Positions 1 to 9,670 are shown, counted from the stretch's first letter. The stretch: DNA of 43,696 nucleotides from an uncultured Rickettsiales bacterium (GCA_964424715.1 CAYRJW010000001.1:1-43696); one strand, 5' to 3'. Notes: generated by a model from the sequence alone, not told the origin. Numbers and translations: made by a program.

Positions 1-1
1 A

Positions 2-643
2 AAAGGCGCCGATGGCGTTGAACTTGATGTTATAGCAAGCAAGGACGGCAAATGTTTTGTCATTCACGATAATGATATTTCCAAACATGGTTCTGAAGGC
101 CTCATCACCAACCTTGAAAGCAAAGATATCAAAAATAAAAAGATATTTAACAATAAATATAACATTCCCGATCTTACTTCTGTTTTGGAATTATTCTCCA
201 GAGAGAATAAAATAATGAACATAGAGTTAAAACAGCAAGGCATCTCCGATATTATCCTGAAGGAAGTAAAGGGCTCAAAGATACCGTTAGAAAATATAAT
301 AATATCCACCTTCAGCCACCACGATCTTTTTGATCTGCGAGAAAGTGATAAACATATAACAGCCGGCATATTATTCGGCCGCGAATCCCGTCAGGATAAG
401 AATTTCGAACAATATATAACCCAGATGTCCGAAAAACTGGAACCATCGGTATTCTGCATGGAAAAGACTCTTTCTTACCTTTCTATATTAGAAAGCAAAA
501 AGGAAAAATATTTCTGGACGATAAAGAAAGAGGATATCGTAAATTATACGGTAGAAGGGCTGTTGATGTATGAAAATGTGAATTTTATTACCGATTACCC
601 GGAAGAGCTTATAAAGAAATTATCACCGAATTCAATGGCGTAA
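2..643 (+). CDS. glycerophosphodiester phosphodiesterase (GDPD) family protein, 5'-truncated by window edge
   Basis: Frame 2 is open from nt 2 ([27 protein letters not shown]...), containing the GDPD-type 'GADxxExDV' and 'HD' core motifs. The ORF track shows only the part from an internal TTG at 185. Stop TAA is at 641-643. Confidence 0.7.
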   Translation, partial: KGADGVELDVIASKDGKCFVIHDNDISKHGSEGLITNLESKDIKNKKIFNNKYNIPDLTSVLELFSRENKIMNIELKQQGISDIILKEVKGSKIPLENIIISTFSHHDLFDLRESDKHITAGILFGRESRQDKNFEQYITQMSEKLEPSVFCMEKTLSYLSILESKKEKYFWTIKKEDIVNYTVEGLLMYENVNFITDYPEELIKKLSPNSMA

Positions 644-670
644 GCCACACGAAGCCCGAAGGGCGAGGTG

Positions 671-745
671 TGGCTGGGGTACCAGGATTCGAACCTGGGA
701 ATGCCGGTACCAAAAACCGGTGCCTTACCGCTTGGCGATACCCCA
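671..745 (-). tRNA. tRNA-Gln (anticodon UUG)
   Basis: The reverse complement TGGGGTATCGCCAAGCGGTAAGGCACCGGTTTTTGGTACCGGCATTCCCAGGTTCGAATCCTGGTACCCCAGCCA folds as a cloverleaf. It has a 7-bp acceptor stem, anticodon stem CCGGT/ACCGG with loop TTTTGGT (anticodon TTG), T-arm CCAGG-TTCGAAT-CCTGG and an encoded CCA. It is nearly identical in layout to E. coli tRNA-Gln. Confidence 0.93.
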
Positions 746-868
746 ACAAGATGGGAAAGAATGCGCATATAAAGCGCAAAGCCTTATATAAATCAAGCTA
801 TTTTTAGTTTCAAGGCAAATTGGGGAGCGGGGAAACTCAATTAAAAGCGCCAAAATGTAATATTTGTG

Positions 869-896
869 TTGAAAAAGAATAAATTATTCTTATACA
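869..896 (+). promoter_or_regulatory. candidate sigma70-type promoter for tRNA-Lys
   Basis: TTGAAA (869-874), a 16-nt spacer, then TATACA (891-896), about 40 nt upstream of the mature tRNA 5' end. Pattern match only. Confidence 0.3.
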
Positions 897-938
897 GGTG
901 CTACCTCAAAGCATTTTTGAGGGCAATTGACTATTGTT

Positions 939-1014
939 GATCTCGTAGCTCAGTCGGTAGAGCAACTGACTTTTAATCAGTGGGTCGTGGGTTCAAATCC
1001 CGCCGAGATCACCA
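939..1014 (+). tRNA. tRNA-Lys (anticodon UUU)
   Basis: GATCTCGTAGCTCAGTCGGTAGAGCAACTGACTTTTAATCAGTGGGTCGTGGGTTCAAATCCCGCCGAGATCACCA. It has acceptor GATCTCG/CGAGATC, D-arm GCTC/GAGC, anticodon stem ACTGA/TCAGT with loop CTTTTAA, T-loop TTCAAAT and an encoded CCA. Confidence 0.93.
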
Positions 1015-1025
1015 TAGTAAATAAA

Positions 1026-1049
1026 AAGGGCCCGGTAAGGCCCTTTTTA
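1026..1049. terminator. bidirectional rho-independent terminator
   Basis: AAAAA-GGGCC-cggtaa-GGCCC-TTTTT. A GC stem is flanked by an A-run and a T-run, between tRNA-Lys (+) and the convergent L,D-transpeptidase gene (-). Confidence 0.7.
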
Positions 1050-1144
1050 TTTACTATGGCGAACTGGGTGAATGACGATTTGAGACCCCGTTCACAAAAT
1101 TCAGCAAATTCCGCCCGTTACCCAAAACTCCAGCCGCCCCTTAT

Positions 1145-1666
1145 TTACTGCCGTATCAAGATCGGCGTTCCCACATCTATCATCGAATATATCTCCACCA
1201 TATCCTTATCCCTTACCGCGATACAGCCGGCGGTCCAGTCCTCGTATTGGTTCTTGAATCTTTCTATCCAGTTGGCTTCATTCGGCATGCCGTGGATCAT
1301 GATGGCGCTGCCTGGGTTTTTGCCTAGAGATTTTGCCTTGGCGATATCATAGGCATTCGGGTACGATACCAGTAGGGAAAGGAAATACTGGCTGTTCGGG
1401 TTCTTGTTGGCGATGAAATAACTGCCCTCGGGCGTTCTGTTATCACCCTCATACTCTTTCTTGCCGGGGGCGCTGCCCATGCGTGCATCATATTCCCGTA
1501 TCTTTTTGCCTTCTTTTATCAGGAATACCTTCTTCTCGCTTTTATCTAAGATTATCCGGTCTGCTTTGATGCTGGATTCATATATTACTTTCGGCGCCTT
1601 TAAGGCGGTGGAATCACAGGAAGAAAGGGTAAGTGCGAATAAAGAGATATAGAATAGCCTTAACAT
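1145..1666 (-). CDS. L,D-transpeptidase (YkuD/YafK-like) family lipoprotein
   Basis: Lipoprotein signal with lipobox LSS-C. The C-terminal catalytic motif IMIHG...DWTAGCIAV (His ... Gly-Cys) is typical of YkuD-fold L,D-transpeptidases. Confidence 0.75.
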   Translation of the reverse strand: MLRLFYISLFALTLSSCDSTALKAPKVIYESSIKADRIILDKSEKKVFLIKEGKKIREYDARMGSAPGKKEYEGDNRTPEGSYFIANKNPNSQYFLSLLVSYPNAYDIAKAKSLGKNPGSAIMIHGMPNEANWIERFKNQYEDWTAGCIAVRDKDMVEIYSMIDVGTPILIRQ

Positions 1667-1734
1667 AATTAGAAACCCCTGAAAATTTTTATTATCGAAA
1701 AATATTTTTTATAATCTCAGGCAAGATAGTCAAA

Positions 1735-2661
1735 TCAATTTTTATTTACCGAATTAAATGCGCTGATAATTCTTTTGCTGTCAACTTTCGTGTATCGCTG
1801 CGTGGTGGAAAGGCTGGCATGTCCGAGCAGCTCCTGAATGGTGCGCAGGTCACCGCTATTCTCAAGCAGATGTGTTGCGAATGAGTGGCGGAAACTATGT
1901 GGCGTGGTAGAATCCGGCAGGCCGAGATTCACCCGCACTGTGCGCACAACCTTCTGGAACACAGCTGGATCGAGTTTCTTCCCGCCCTTGCCGTAAAAAA
2001 CGAATGAGTCCTTCTCGCCACAGAACGGGCAGGCGGCGATAAGTTCTTTCAGGCTTTTATAAACCGGTGGAATGATCGGGACCAGCCTTTCCTTGCCGCC
2101 CTTGCCTTTTATCTTTATGAAAAGATTTTCGTTCACCTCGGAAACTTTTATGTTCAGCGCCTCGGAGATACGCAACCCGCATGCATATATAAGCTGCAGC
2201 AAGGCGGCATCGCGCAGCGCCACCCAGCCTTCGGCTTTTTTATTATAAGTTTCTATATTGCCGGATTCATCCAGTGCCGCGTAAGCGTTAGTGACATTCA
2301 GCGCCTTAGGTAAGGCTTTTGGAAGTTTAGGCCCCTTTACCAGAAATATATTTTCATTTTTCAGGATATTATTTTTTTCGCAGAATTTGAAAAAATTCTT
2401 TATCGATGAAATAGTTCTGGCGCGCGAGGCGGCTATGCGCTCCTCACTTATCTTCGCAAAGAAGGCCCGGAGGTCGGTGAGTGTCAGCTCTTTAAGATGC
2501 TCAGCTGTGACGGCTTCACCGAGATGCCCCTTTAAAAAGTTGAAGAACAGGTTTATATCCGCTACATAGGCTTCAATGGTATTTTCAGAGTAGCGCTTTT
2601 GTTTGATATATATTAGCCAGTCTGATAGAATTTCCGTAATATTATTTTTAGGCGTATCCAT
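1735..2661 (-). CDS. xerC: site-specific tyrosine recombinase XerC
   Basis: 308 aa. The N-terminal SAM-like segment has 'SENTIEAYVADI'. The C-terminal catalytic region has ARISE, HSFRHSFATHLL and LLGHASLSTTQRYTKV (the R-H-R-Y residue set). Confidence 0.85.
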   Translation of the reverse strand: MDTPKNNITEILSDWLIYIKQKRYSENTIEAYVADINLFFNFLKGHLGEAVTAEHLKELTLTDLRAFFAKISEERIAASRARTISSIKNFFKFCEKNNILKNENIFLVKGPKLPKALPKALNVTNAYAALDESGNIETYNKKAEGWVALRDAALLQLIYACGLRISEALNIKVSEVNENLFIKIKGKGGKERLVPIIPPVYKSLKELIAACPFCGEKDSFVFYGKGGKKLDPAVFQKVVRTVRVNLGLPDSTTPHSFRHSFATHLLENSGDLRTIQELLGHASLSTTQRYTKVDSKRIISAFNSVNKN

Positions 2662-2662
2662 A

Positions 2663-4018
2663 ATGAGAATATTTTTTACGATATTATTTTTATCCTCCCT
2701 GATGATAACAGGTCCGGTGAAAGAAGTAAAAGCATCTGCAACTGAAAAGCCAGTATCTTATATAAGGGATGACGAAACCGAAAAATTCCTGAAAGATATT
2801 TCCGGCAAAATATTCGAGGCTGCCGGGCTCGATCCTGATTCCATAAAGATAATCATAATAAACGACCCCTCCATCAACGCCTATGTCGCGGGCGGGCAGA
2901 ATCTTTTTGTATATACCGGTCTTATAGAGCAATCGCAGGATGCCGCAGGGCTGATGGGCGTTATCGCGCACGAAACAGGCCACATAAAAGGTGCGCACAT
3001 AATCCAGAAAGGCAAGAACGCAAGGGAAGCCGGCCTCGGTTCTATCGCGGGTTATGCTCTGGGGCTTGGTACTGTGCTTGCAGGCGCTCCGCCGGAAGCA
3101 GGAATGGCAATAGGTTCTGCCGGGCAGAACATAGCGGCACGGAATTTTCTGGCCTACTCGCGCGATTATGAGAATGCCGCCGACACTGTCGCGCTGAACA
3201 TACTCAAAAAGATCGATATAAGCCCCAACGGTCTGGTGCGGATACTCCGCCAGCTACAGGCAAAGCAGGGAATCTCCGGCGATATAGTGGACCAGTACCT
3301 GCTTACCCACCCGGTGTCAGAAGAAAGGATAAACCATGTTGAAAGCTTCATACAGCAGAATCCCGGCGTGGATAAAATAACACCGGCAGCACTTGAAGAA
3401 AGATTCAAAAGGGTGAAGGCAAAGATAATGGGTTTTCTGGACACGCCCGCCAAAACGCGAATATATTATCAGGGAAAGAACAACATTGATGCCATCTATG
3501 CCCGCTCCATCGCTTTCCACAAGGAGGCAAAATTCAGCGACTCCATGAACCTGCTGGAAGGGCTTATCGCCGCCTACCCGAGCGATCCTTATTTCAGCGA
3601 ACTTAAGGCCCAGTTCCTTTTTGAACAGGGGCAGACAGATGCCAGCATAGACCAATACCGCAGGTCCCTGAACCTTGCCGGCAACTCGCCCTTGATGAGG
3701 TTAAAACTTGCCGAATCGCTCCTTGCTTCCAAAAACCAGGCCAAATGGCAGGAAGCCACCGGCCAGCTGAAAGCGATACTCGCTCAGGAACCAAAGGATG
3801 TTGCCGCGCTTAACAAGCTAGGTTTTGCATATGGCAAACTTAACAAGCTTGGCCCATCATATTTATATCTGGCGGAAGGCGCACTTATCTCAGAGAATAT
3901 TTCCAACGCGAAAAAATACATAATACTGGCAGACCAGAGCATCGCCAAGGGTTCGCCGGATGAATCGAGACTAAAAGAACTAAGAAAGGAATTCGACAGG
4001 CTGCTTGATAAAAAGTAA
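2663..4018 (+). CDS. M48-family zinc metalloprotease with C-terminal TPR region (BepA/YfgC-like)
   Basis: HExxH motif (AHETGHIKGAH). The signal peptide starts at the internal Met (MRIFFTILFLSS), which I prefer to the ORF-track start at 2603. The C-terminal helical repeats are TPR-like. Confidence 0.8.
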   Translation: MRIFFTILFLSSLMITGPVKEVKASATEKPVSYIRDDETEKFLKDISGKIFEAAGLDPDSIKIIIINDPSINAYVAGGQNLFVYTGLIEQSQDAAGLMGVIAHETGHIKGAHIIQKGKNAREAGLGSIAGYALGLGTVLAGAPPEAGMAIGSAGQNIAARNFLAYSRDYENAADTVALNILKKIDISPNGLVRILRQLQAKQGISGDIVDQYLLTHPVSEERINHVESFIQQNPGVDKITPAALEERFKRVKAKIMGFLDTPAKTRIYYQGKNNIDAIYARSIAFHKEAKFSDSMNLLEGLIAAYPSDPYFSELKAQFLFEQGQTDASIDQYRRSLNLAGNSPLMRLKLAESLLASKNQAKWQEATGQLKAILAQEPKDVAALNKLGFAYGKLNKLGPSYLYLAEGALISENISNAKKYIILADQSIAKGSPDESRLKELRKEFDRLLDKK

Positions 4019-4060
4019 AATTGACCTATAATACTGAACAACCAAAAACCGGAGAAGATA

Positions 4061-4828
4061 ATGGGAACGAGAATATTGATATTAGTGCTTTTTGTACTTT
4101 CTGTACTTACCTCATCAGCGCTTACATATTTACTTATAAACAAGACCGGCGGTGGCTCCGGCTCAACAGGCAACCTTAATGAAGCGGTGCAGAACTTCAT
4201 CGAGAAGAATCCTGAAGTTATAATTCAGGGCTTGCGTAAAGCCCAGGCCGCAAGGGCCGAGCAGGAAGCGCAGGATTCCGAAAAAATGGCCACCACTCTC
4301 CGTCCGCAGCTTGAAAAAAATCCTACTGATCCGCAGGCGGGCAATAAAACCGGCGATGTTGTAATGGTTGTCTTCCACGATCATAATTGCGGCTATTGCA
4401 GAAAATCAATTCCTGACATTGAAAAAGTTCTTACCGAAGATAAAGACCTTAAACTTGTAGTGAAAGACCTGCCGATATTGGGCCCGCTTTCGGTCGAGAA
4501 GGCAAAAGCCTCTATCGCCGTTGCAAAGATAGCGCCGGAAAAATGGTATGATTATTACGAAGCCATCGGCCACAGCAATACGCAAACGGTTGAGCAGGTG
4601 ATAGAACTTGTTCACGAGAAGCTCGGTATAGAACCGACCCTGCTGCGTAGTGAAATGGAAAGTCGGGAGACCGCGAATAAGATATCTGAGAATCACGCGC
4701 TGGCGGAACAGCTCGGCGTTTCAGGAACCCCGGTTTTCATAATCAACGGCAAGGTCATCAGGGGTGCTGCCGGTTACGATGCCTTCAAGGCCGCAATAGC
4801 AGAAGCCCGCGCGGAAAATAAGAACTAG
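4061..4828 (+). CDS. DsbA-family thiol:disulfide oxidoreductase, membrane-anchored or secreted
   Basis: N-terminal hydrophobic anchor and thioredoxin-fold CxxC active site (HDHNCGYCRK). A GGAG RBS lies upstream. It follows the M48 protease gene, a pairing I recall as common in alphaproteobacteria. Confidence 0.8.
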   Translation: MGTRILILVLFVLSVLTSSALTYLLINKTGGGSGSTGNLNEAVQNFIEKNPEVIIQGLRKAQAARAEQEAQDSEKMATTLRPQLEKNPTDPQAGNKTGDVVMVVFHDHNCGYCRKSIPDIEKVLTEDKDLKLVVKDLPILGPLSVEKAKASIAVAKIAPEKWYDYYEAIGHSNTQTVEQVIELVHEKLGIEPTLLRSEMESRETANKISENHALAEQLGVSGTPVFIINGKVIRGAAGYDAFKAAIAEARAENKN

Positions 4829-5877
4829 ATGAACAGGGGGTCGGTCCTTCTTTTGATCTCATCTGCAATGTCAGAAGCTGAATTCAGCGGTTTATTCGCA
4901 TTGTTATTTTCAGGTATGCCGGAACTTAGGATGGCTTCCTTTAATTTATCATTGAATTCCTGCGCGTAGCCACTTTCATATAATGCCTCATGGAATTCAC
5001 GATGCTTGTCCGAGGCATTGCCTTCTGGTGAGAATATATAGACCGGCTTGCCGGTAGAGCAGCTCTCGGAACACATCGAGATGGAATCCCCGGTGACGAT
5101 TATAATATCGGCAAGCTGCAGAAATGCGTAAAAAGGATTTGCCTTAGTCTTGTTGAAATCATGGAAATGAAGATATCTTCCTATCCTTCTTTTCAGCTCG
5201 CTTTCAAGATATGAAGTTATCGCTGGGCTGGTTCTTCTGCTGGTAGTAACAAGTACGGCGGCTTTGAATTTTGAGCATATCTGTACTATCTGCTCACTAA
5301 GTACCTTCGCGTGTATATCATTAAAAACGGTCTTCTTGGAATCGCCGCCTATAAGTACGGCTATCCGCGGACTTGGCAGCTCGCCAATGGTCCTGGCCCA
5401 TATCCTGTATTCATTCAGTAAAAATTCTTTTGATATCCTGTTCGGCGAGCCGAGGAACCTGTGCAGTTTTTTACTTCCGGAAAAAGGAAACGGTATAATA
5501 TCATGAAGCGGACAGGCGATAAGGTCAAAGCCCATAGCAGAGCCCGGCCAGAGTATGTGCGCGAGAAAGCTTTTCTTTCCATCTTTCCGAGCTTTATTTC
5601 TGATCGATTTAGCAACCGCCCCCGCCTTCCGGCCGCAAGATATTATGATATCCGGCCACGGTTCTGAGATAAGGTCAGAGCGCTTTTTGTCTATAGTGGC
5701 AAGCCCGTCGAATTTCAGGAAGTTAGGCCTGTCAGCCTTTTCGTTATAAACTATCTTCTTTTTCACGAAGCTTGAGTTTAGTGCTTCGGCTACTCCCAGT
5801 ACCTGCGAATCATGGCCGCTTACCCCATCGAGTATGGCCCATATCTCGGGGCTGTCATTTTTCCTGTCGTCTATCAT
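4825..5877 (-). CDS. ELM1/DUF1022 ('mitochondrial fission ELM1') family protein
   Basis: The N-terminus IWAILDGVSGHDSQVLGVAEAL, then PDIIISCGRK and RIAVLIGGDSK, match my memory of the ELM1 family signature. Its function in bacteria is unknown. Confidence 0.65.
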   Translation of the reverse strand: MIDDRKNDSPEIWAILDGVSGHDSQVLGVAEALNSSFVKKKIVYNEKADRPNFLKFDGLATIDKKRSDLISEPWPDIIISCGRKAGAVAKSIRNKARKDGKKSFLAHILWPGSAMGFDLIACPLHDIIPFPFSGSKKLHRFLGSPNRISKEFLLNEYRIWARTIGELPSPRIAVLIGGDSKKTVFNDIHAKVLSEQIVQICSKFKAAVLVTTSRRTSPAITSYLESELKRRIGRYLHFHDFNKTKANPFYAFLQLADIIIVTGDSISMCSESCSTGKPVYIFSPEGNASDKHREFHEALYESGYAQEFNDKLKEAILSSGIPENNNANKPLNSASDIADEIKRRTDPLFI

Positions 5878-5962
5878 ATGATCAAAATATATAAAACCGC
5901 ATTGATTTAAAGCTAAACCTGATGTAGAAAGCCCATCGAACCGAAATTAGTAAAGTTTTGTA

Positions 5963-7438
5963 ATGAATAATCTACATACAGATAAATCCTGCTTCGTGGA
6001 AGGCAAGACCGGAACATGGGAAGTTGTCATCGGTCTGGAAGTTCACGCTCAGATAAGATCTAACTCTAAACTTTTTTCCGGCTCCGGAACATCTTTCGGT
6101 GCTGAGCCTAACACACAGGTATCTTTTGTAGATGCGGCAATGCCGGGAATGCTTCCGGTAATGAACCCGCGCTGTATCGAGCAGGGAATAAGATCCGGCC
6201 TTGGTATAAATGCACAGATAAATCTTAATTCTGTATTCGACAGGAAAAATTATTTCTACGCCGATCTTCCTCAGGGCTACCAGATATCGCAGTTCCGCAA
6301 TCCCATAGTTTCCGAAGGCGAGATATTCATTGAAATGCCATATGGCGAAAGAAGGATAGGTGTTGAGCGTATCCACCTTGAACAGGACGCTGGCAAATCC
6401 ATCCACGACCAGTCACCAACTGAAAGCTTCATTGATCTCAACCGCTCCGGTGTCGGCCTGATGGAAATAGTTTCCAAGCCAGACCTGAGAAGCGCCGAAG
6501 AAGCCGGTGAATACATAAAGAACCTCCGCCAGATACTTCGTTATATAGGCACATGCGATGGCGATATGGAAAAAGGGTCCATGCGCTGCGATGCTAACGT
6601 TTCAGTAAGAAGGGCAGGTGAGGAAAAACTCGGAACAAGGAATGAAATAAAAAATCTTAACTCCATCCGCTTCATAATCGCCGCTATAAATTATGAAGTG
6701 CAAAGACAGATAGAACTTCTGGAATCAGGTGGCGTGGTGGAACAGGCAACAAGATTATACGATACATCTTCCGGCATAACAAAAGTAATGCGCACAAAAG
6801 AAGATGCTCACGATTACCGTTATTTCCCGGACCCGGATCTTTATCCGCTTAAACTTACGCAAGATCAGGTGGACGCAATAAAATTACAGATGCCGGAATT
6901 GCCAAAACAAAAAGTGAGCCGCTACATCGAAACACTCGGTCTTACAAAATATGATGCTGAAGTTCTTTCCGCCGAAAAAGAAGTTGCAGATTATTTCGAG
7001 GAAGTTCTAAAAACTACTAACGATGCAAAACTTTCTTCCAACTGGTTATCCGGCGAATTATTCGGCAGGCTTAATAAGTCGAACACGGAGATCAGCAACT
7101 CTCCGGTATCCGCAAAGGATCTGGCGGACCTTATATTGCTCATCAAAGATAACACCATCTCCGGCAAGATCGCAAAAGATGTTCTTGATGAGATGTTCGC
7201 AACCTCAAAGGCCCCCAAAGATATAATAGAGGAAAAAGGCTTGAAGCAGGTCACTGATACTTCCGCGATAGAAAAGATAATAGATGAAGTGATCGCTAAT
7301 AACCAACCTTCAGTTACTGAATACAGGGCCGGGAAAGATAAGCTGTTCGGATTCTTTGTGGGGCAGGTAATGAAGCTTTCCAAAGGGCAGGCGAACCCTA
7401 ATATAGTGAACGATCTGCTCAAGAAAAAGCTCAGTTAA
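5963..7438 (+). CDS. gatB: Asp-tRNA(Asn)/Glu-tRNA(Gln) amidotransferase subunit B
   Basis: 491 aa with [12 protein letters not shown]..., [26 protein letters not shown] and a C-terminal YqeY-like tail. No gatC or gatA is adjacent. Confidence 0.95.
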   Translation: MNNLHTDKSCFVEGKTGTWEVVIGLEVHAQIRSNSKLFSGSGTSFGAEPNTQVSFVDAAMPGMLPVMNPRCIEQGIRSGLGINAQINLNSVFDRKNYFYADLPQGYQISQFRNPIVSEGEIFIEMPYGERRIGVERIHLEQDAGKSIHDQSPTESFIDLNRSGVGLMEIVSKPDLRSAEEAGEYIKNLRQILRYIGTCDGDMEKGSMRCDANVSVRRAGEEKLGTRNEIKNLNSIRFIIAAINYEVQRQIELLESGGVVEQATRLYDTSSGITKVMRTKEDAHDYRYFPDPDLYPLKLTQDQVDAIKLQMPELPKQKVSRYIETLGLTKYDAEVLSAEKEVADYFEEVLKTTNDAKLSSNWLSGELFGRLNKSNTEISNSPVSAKDLADLILLIKDNTISGKIAKDVLDEMFATSKAPKDIIEEKGLKQVTDTSAIEKIIDEVIANNQPSVTEYRAGKDKLFGFFVGQVMKLSKGQANPNIVNDLLKKKLS

Positions 7439-7686
7439 ACCCTATTCGTGTCCGAAATGCCAAAAACCGCCCCCAGGCCTGGCCAGCGGCCACTTTTAGC
7501 CTGTATCATGATACCCTTTCTTGTTGTAATAGGGCAACAAAACCACAAAAATCCCATTTTTTTACATTTATAGTAAATAAGTACTTGATTAAACCCACCA
7601 CAGTATGCCATATAAAACCCCTAAGATCGTGTCTTCACTCTAAAACAAAATGGGTGACTACATATTTATTAATAATAATAAAAGGT

Positions 7687-8898
7687 ATGAAGATGAAAAA
7701 ATTCTTACTAGGTACAACAGCGCTAATCAGCATGTCAGCAGCTTCTGCTGCTCTAGCTGGTGGCTCACACGCTCCTGCGGCGGCTACTCCAGCCAACACA
7801 GGCGGTCTAACGGTTATGGTTGGCGGTAATATCAACGTTCAGTCTGTATTCAGACAGGAAGACGGTGAAGTTATCGGCGATAACGCTAGAAATGGCATTA
7901 TCCGTAATGATACTCACCTTAACTTCACTGCTGCCGGATCAACTGATGATTTCGACTACGGTGCTGTTATCGAACTAGCTGCTGATAACGGTTCAGACAA
8001 AAACTCTGAAGTTGGTGGCACTAAAACATATTTATATGTTGAAAATGATGCTGCTGGTCGTTTCGAAGCTGGTCAGAATGTTGGAGCTTCAGACACTCTA
8101 GAAGTTGATGCTTCTCGTATCGCTCGCGGTACAGGTGGCGTTGATGGTGATTGGGTTTATAACCTGATCGGTACTACTGGTACTTACATCACTACTCCTA
8201 ACCTTCCTACCGGCAACGAAGATACTGATGCTGGTAACGCGAACAAGATCACTTACTACACACCTCGTTTCAGCGGTCTGCAGTTCGGTGTTTCTTACAC
8301 TCCTGATACAGGCAACAGAGGTTCTGCTTCCACTATCACTACTGATGCTGGCACGAACTACTCTAATGTGTTTGCTGGTGGTTTAAACTTCGAATCTGAT
8401 ATAGCTGATGGCGTAGGCATTATGGCTTCCGCAGTTGGTGAGTTCGGTGAAGGTGAATCCGGTACTGGTACTCTTGTTACAACTGATGATGTTAACGACC
8501 TTAACGCATACTCTCTAGGTCTTGGCGTTGAGTTTGAAGGCTTCTCTGTAGCTGGTAACTGGGCTGATCTTGGCGATTCTGGCCTTGATTCAACTCCTGT
8601 TGCTGCTGCTAGCGACAATCAATCTTACTGGACACTTGGTGCAGCTTACGAAAATGGCCCTTATGGCGTTTCTGTAACTTACCTTGAATCTACTCAAAGC
8701 AATGCTCTAGCGGCATCTGCTACTCAGACTGGTGAGAACGAACTTTCAAACCTAGTTGTTGGTGCAGATTACCAAATGGCTCCTGGTTTAGTTCCTTATG
8801 TTGAAGCTTCTTTCTTCGACTTCGAGAACGGTTCTTCTACAGCTACTGATGATAACTCCGGCAACGTAGTTATCGTAGGTGCTAACCTGGCTTTCTAA
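7687..8898 (+). CDS. outer-membrane porin (Gram-negative general porin family)
   Basis: Signal peptide MKMKKFLLGTTALISMSAASAALA from the internal Met. The sequence is Gly/Thr/Asp-rich with an alternating beta-strand pattern and a C-terminal ...GANLAF (terminal Phe). Strong bias to T-ending codons suggests high expression. Confidence 0.8.
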   Translation: MKMKKFLLGTTALISMSAASAALAGGSHAPAAATPANTGGLTVMVGGNINVQSVFRQEDGEVIGDNARNGIIRNDTHLNFTAAGSTDDFDYGAVIELAADNGSDKNSEVGGTKTYLYVENDAAGRFEAGQNVGASDTLEVDASRIARGTGGVDGDWVYNLIGTTGTYITTPNLPTGNEDTDAGNANKITYYTPRFSGLQFGVSYTPDTGNRGSASTITTDAGTNYSNVFAGGLNFESDIADGVGIMASAVGEFGEGESGTGTLVTTDDVNDLNAYSLGLGVEFEGFSVAGNWADLGDSGLDSTPVAAASDNQSYWTLGAAYENGPYGVSVTYLESTQSNALAASATQTGENELSNLVVGADYQMAPGLVPYVEASFFDFENGSSTATDDNSGNVVIVGANLAF

Positions 8899-8924
8899 TT
8901 TAGTTTAGAAACTAAGTTAAATTG

Positions 8925-8956
8925 AGGGCGGTGGATATTTCCCCCGCCCTTTTTTT
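8925..8956 (+). terminator. rho-independent terminator of the porin gene
   Basis: GGGCGG-tggatatttcc-CCGCCC followed by TTTTTTT. Confidence 0.8.
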
Positions 8957-8997
8957 ATGTCCTGAATTTGAGACGGGCAAAACAATCTCAAAAAAAA

Positions 8998-9025
8998 TTG
9001 ACAGAATCTAAGCTTTCTCTATTAT
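8998..9025 (+). promoter_or_regulatory. candidate sigma70-type promoter for the DUF3576-leuS operon
   Basis: TTGACA (8998-9003), a 16-nt spacer, then TATTAT (9020-9025), about 30 nt upstream of the ATG at 9057. Confidence 0.4.
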
Positions 9026-9056
9026 CACGCTTTCAAACCAAGCTAGGGCTTTAAAC

Positions 9057-9587
9057 ATGAGAACCAGAAATTTCTTCGCGATAACACTTATATTGACCGC
9101 ACTGACTGCGTGTGAGGGAGAGAACAAAGCCAACAAGATACATGATGGCGGTACAGATGAAGCCTATCCTATGAGCAACGAGGATAAAAGAAAGATAAAA
9201 CAGGGTAAACTAACCGGCGAGGAAGGCTTAAGCTTTATGGGTAAAGGCGGAGGCCGTGATTTACGCGGTGATAGCATATCGCGCGGGGTCAATGCATATC
9301 TATGGCAGTCAGCACTTGATACCATATCATTCATGCCTATCCAGACCGTTGATGCCACTGGTGGCGTAATAATCACCGACTGGTACGAAGAACCAAGCGC
9401 CAAAGAAAAGATAAAAGCAAATATCGTTATCTCATCCGATGAGCTGCGCGCAAGCGGCGTCAGGGTATCCCTGTTCCGTCAGGTGAGCGGCAAGACAATT
9501 CCTGGAAGCGCCGAGGCAGCAAGAAAGCTTGAAGACAAGATCCTCGCCCGCGCCCGTGAGATAAAAATAGAAGAAGACCGGTTTTAG
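9057..9587 (+). CDS. DUF3576-family lipoprotein
   Basis: Lipobox LTA-C. The segment LWQSALDTISFMPIQTVDATGGVIITDWY matches my recollection of the DUF3576 core. Its position directly upstream of leuS is the usual alphaproteobacterial one. Confidence 0.65.
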   Translation: MRTRNFFAITLILTALTACEGENKANKIHDGGTDEAYPMSNEDKRKIKQGKLTGEEGLSFMGKGGGRDLRGDSISRGVNAYLWQSALDTISFMPIQTVDATGGVIITDWYEEPSAKEKIKANIVISSDELRASGVRVSLFRQVSGKTIPGSAEAARKLEDKILARAREIKIEEDRF

Positions 9588-9596
9588 CAAGAAGAT

Positions 9597-9667
9597 AGAA
9601 ACTGGAAACCGGAAACTGGAAATCAGAGAGATCAGATCCAGTTTCTAGTTTCTAGCTTCCAGTTTCC
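9597..9667. repeat. inverted and tandem GAAACTGGA repeat element forming a long imperfect hairpin immediately 5' of leuS
   Basis: The left arm has two 14-nt tandem units (GAAACTGGAAACCG / GAAACTGGAAATCA). The right arm has TCCAGTTTC, TAGTTTC and TTCCAGTTTC. An outer 10-bp helix (9598-9607 with 9657-9666) and an inner 9-bp helix (9612-9620 with 9637-9645) are possible. The element ends 4 nt before the leuS ATG. Confidence 0.6.
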
Positions 9668-9670
9668 AAT

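Noticed and set aside
644-674. The hairpin GCCACAC-gaaGCCCgaaGGGCgag-GTGTGGC lies right after the GDPD stop.
   Set aside because: It has no T-tract, and its 3' arm overlaps the 3' end of the convergent tRNA-Gln. It may help terminate or process transcripts, but it cannot be called a terminator from sequence alone.
927-1352. A 141-aa plus-strand ORF spans tRNA-Lys, the terminator and the antisense of the L,D-transpeptidase gene.
   Set aside because: It begins inside a tRNA gene, runs through a terminator hairpin and overlaps a well-supported minus-strand CDS. It is spurious.
1735-2661. A tyrosine recombinase lies about 700 bp from two tRNA genes, which could mark an integrated island or prophage integrase.
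   Set aside because: Its size (308 aa) and N- and C-terminal motifs fit chromosomal XerC, and a XerD paralogue is present at 36570. All flanking genes are core housekeeping genes. I found no direct repeat of the tRNA 3' end.
7585-7686. Upstream in-frame extensions offered by the ORF track for the porin (7585), the M48 protease (2603) and fabG (to 26093).
   Set aside because: In each case an internal Met gives a canonical signal peptide or the canonical family N-terminus. fabG also has an AAGGAG RBS there. The extensions add non-conserved-looking residues or overlap neighbouring genes.
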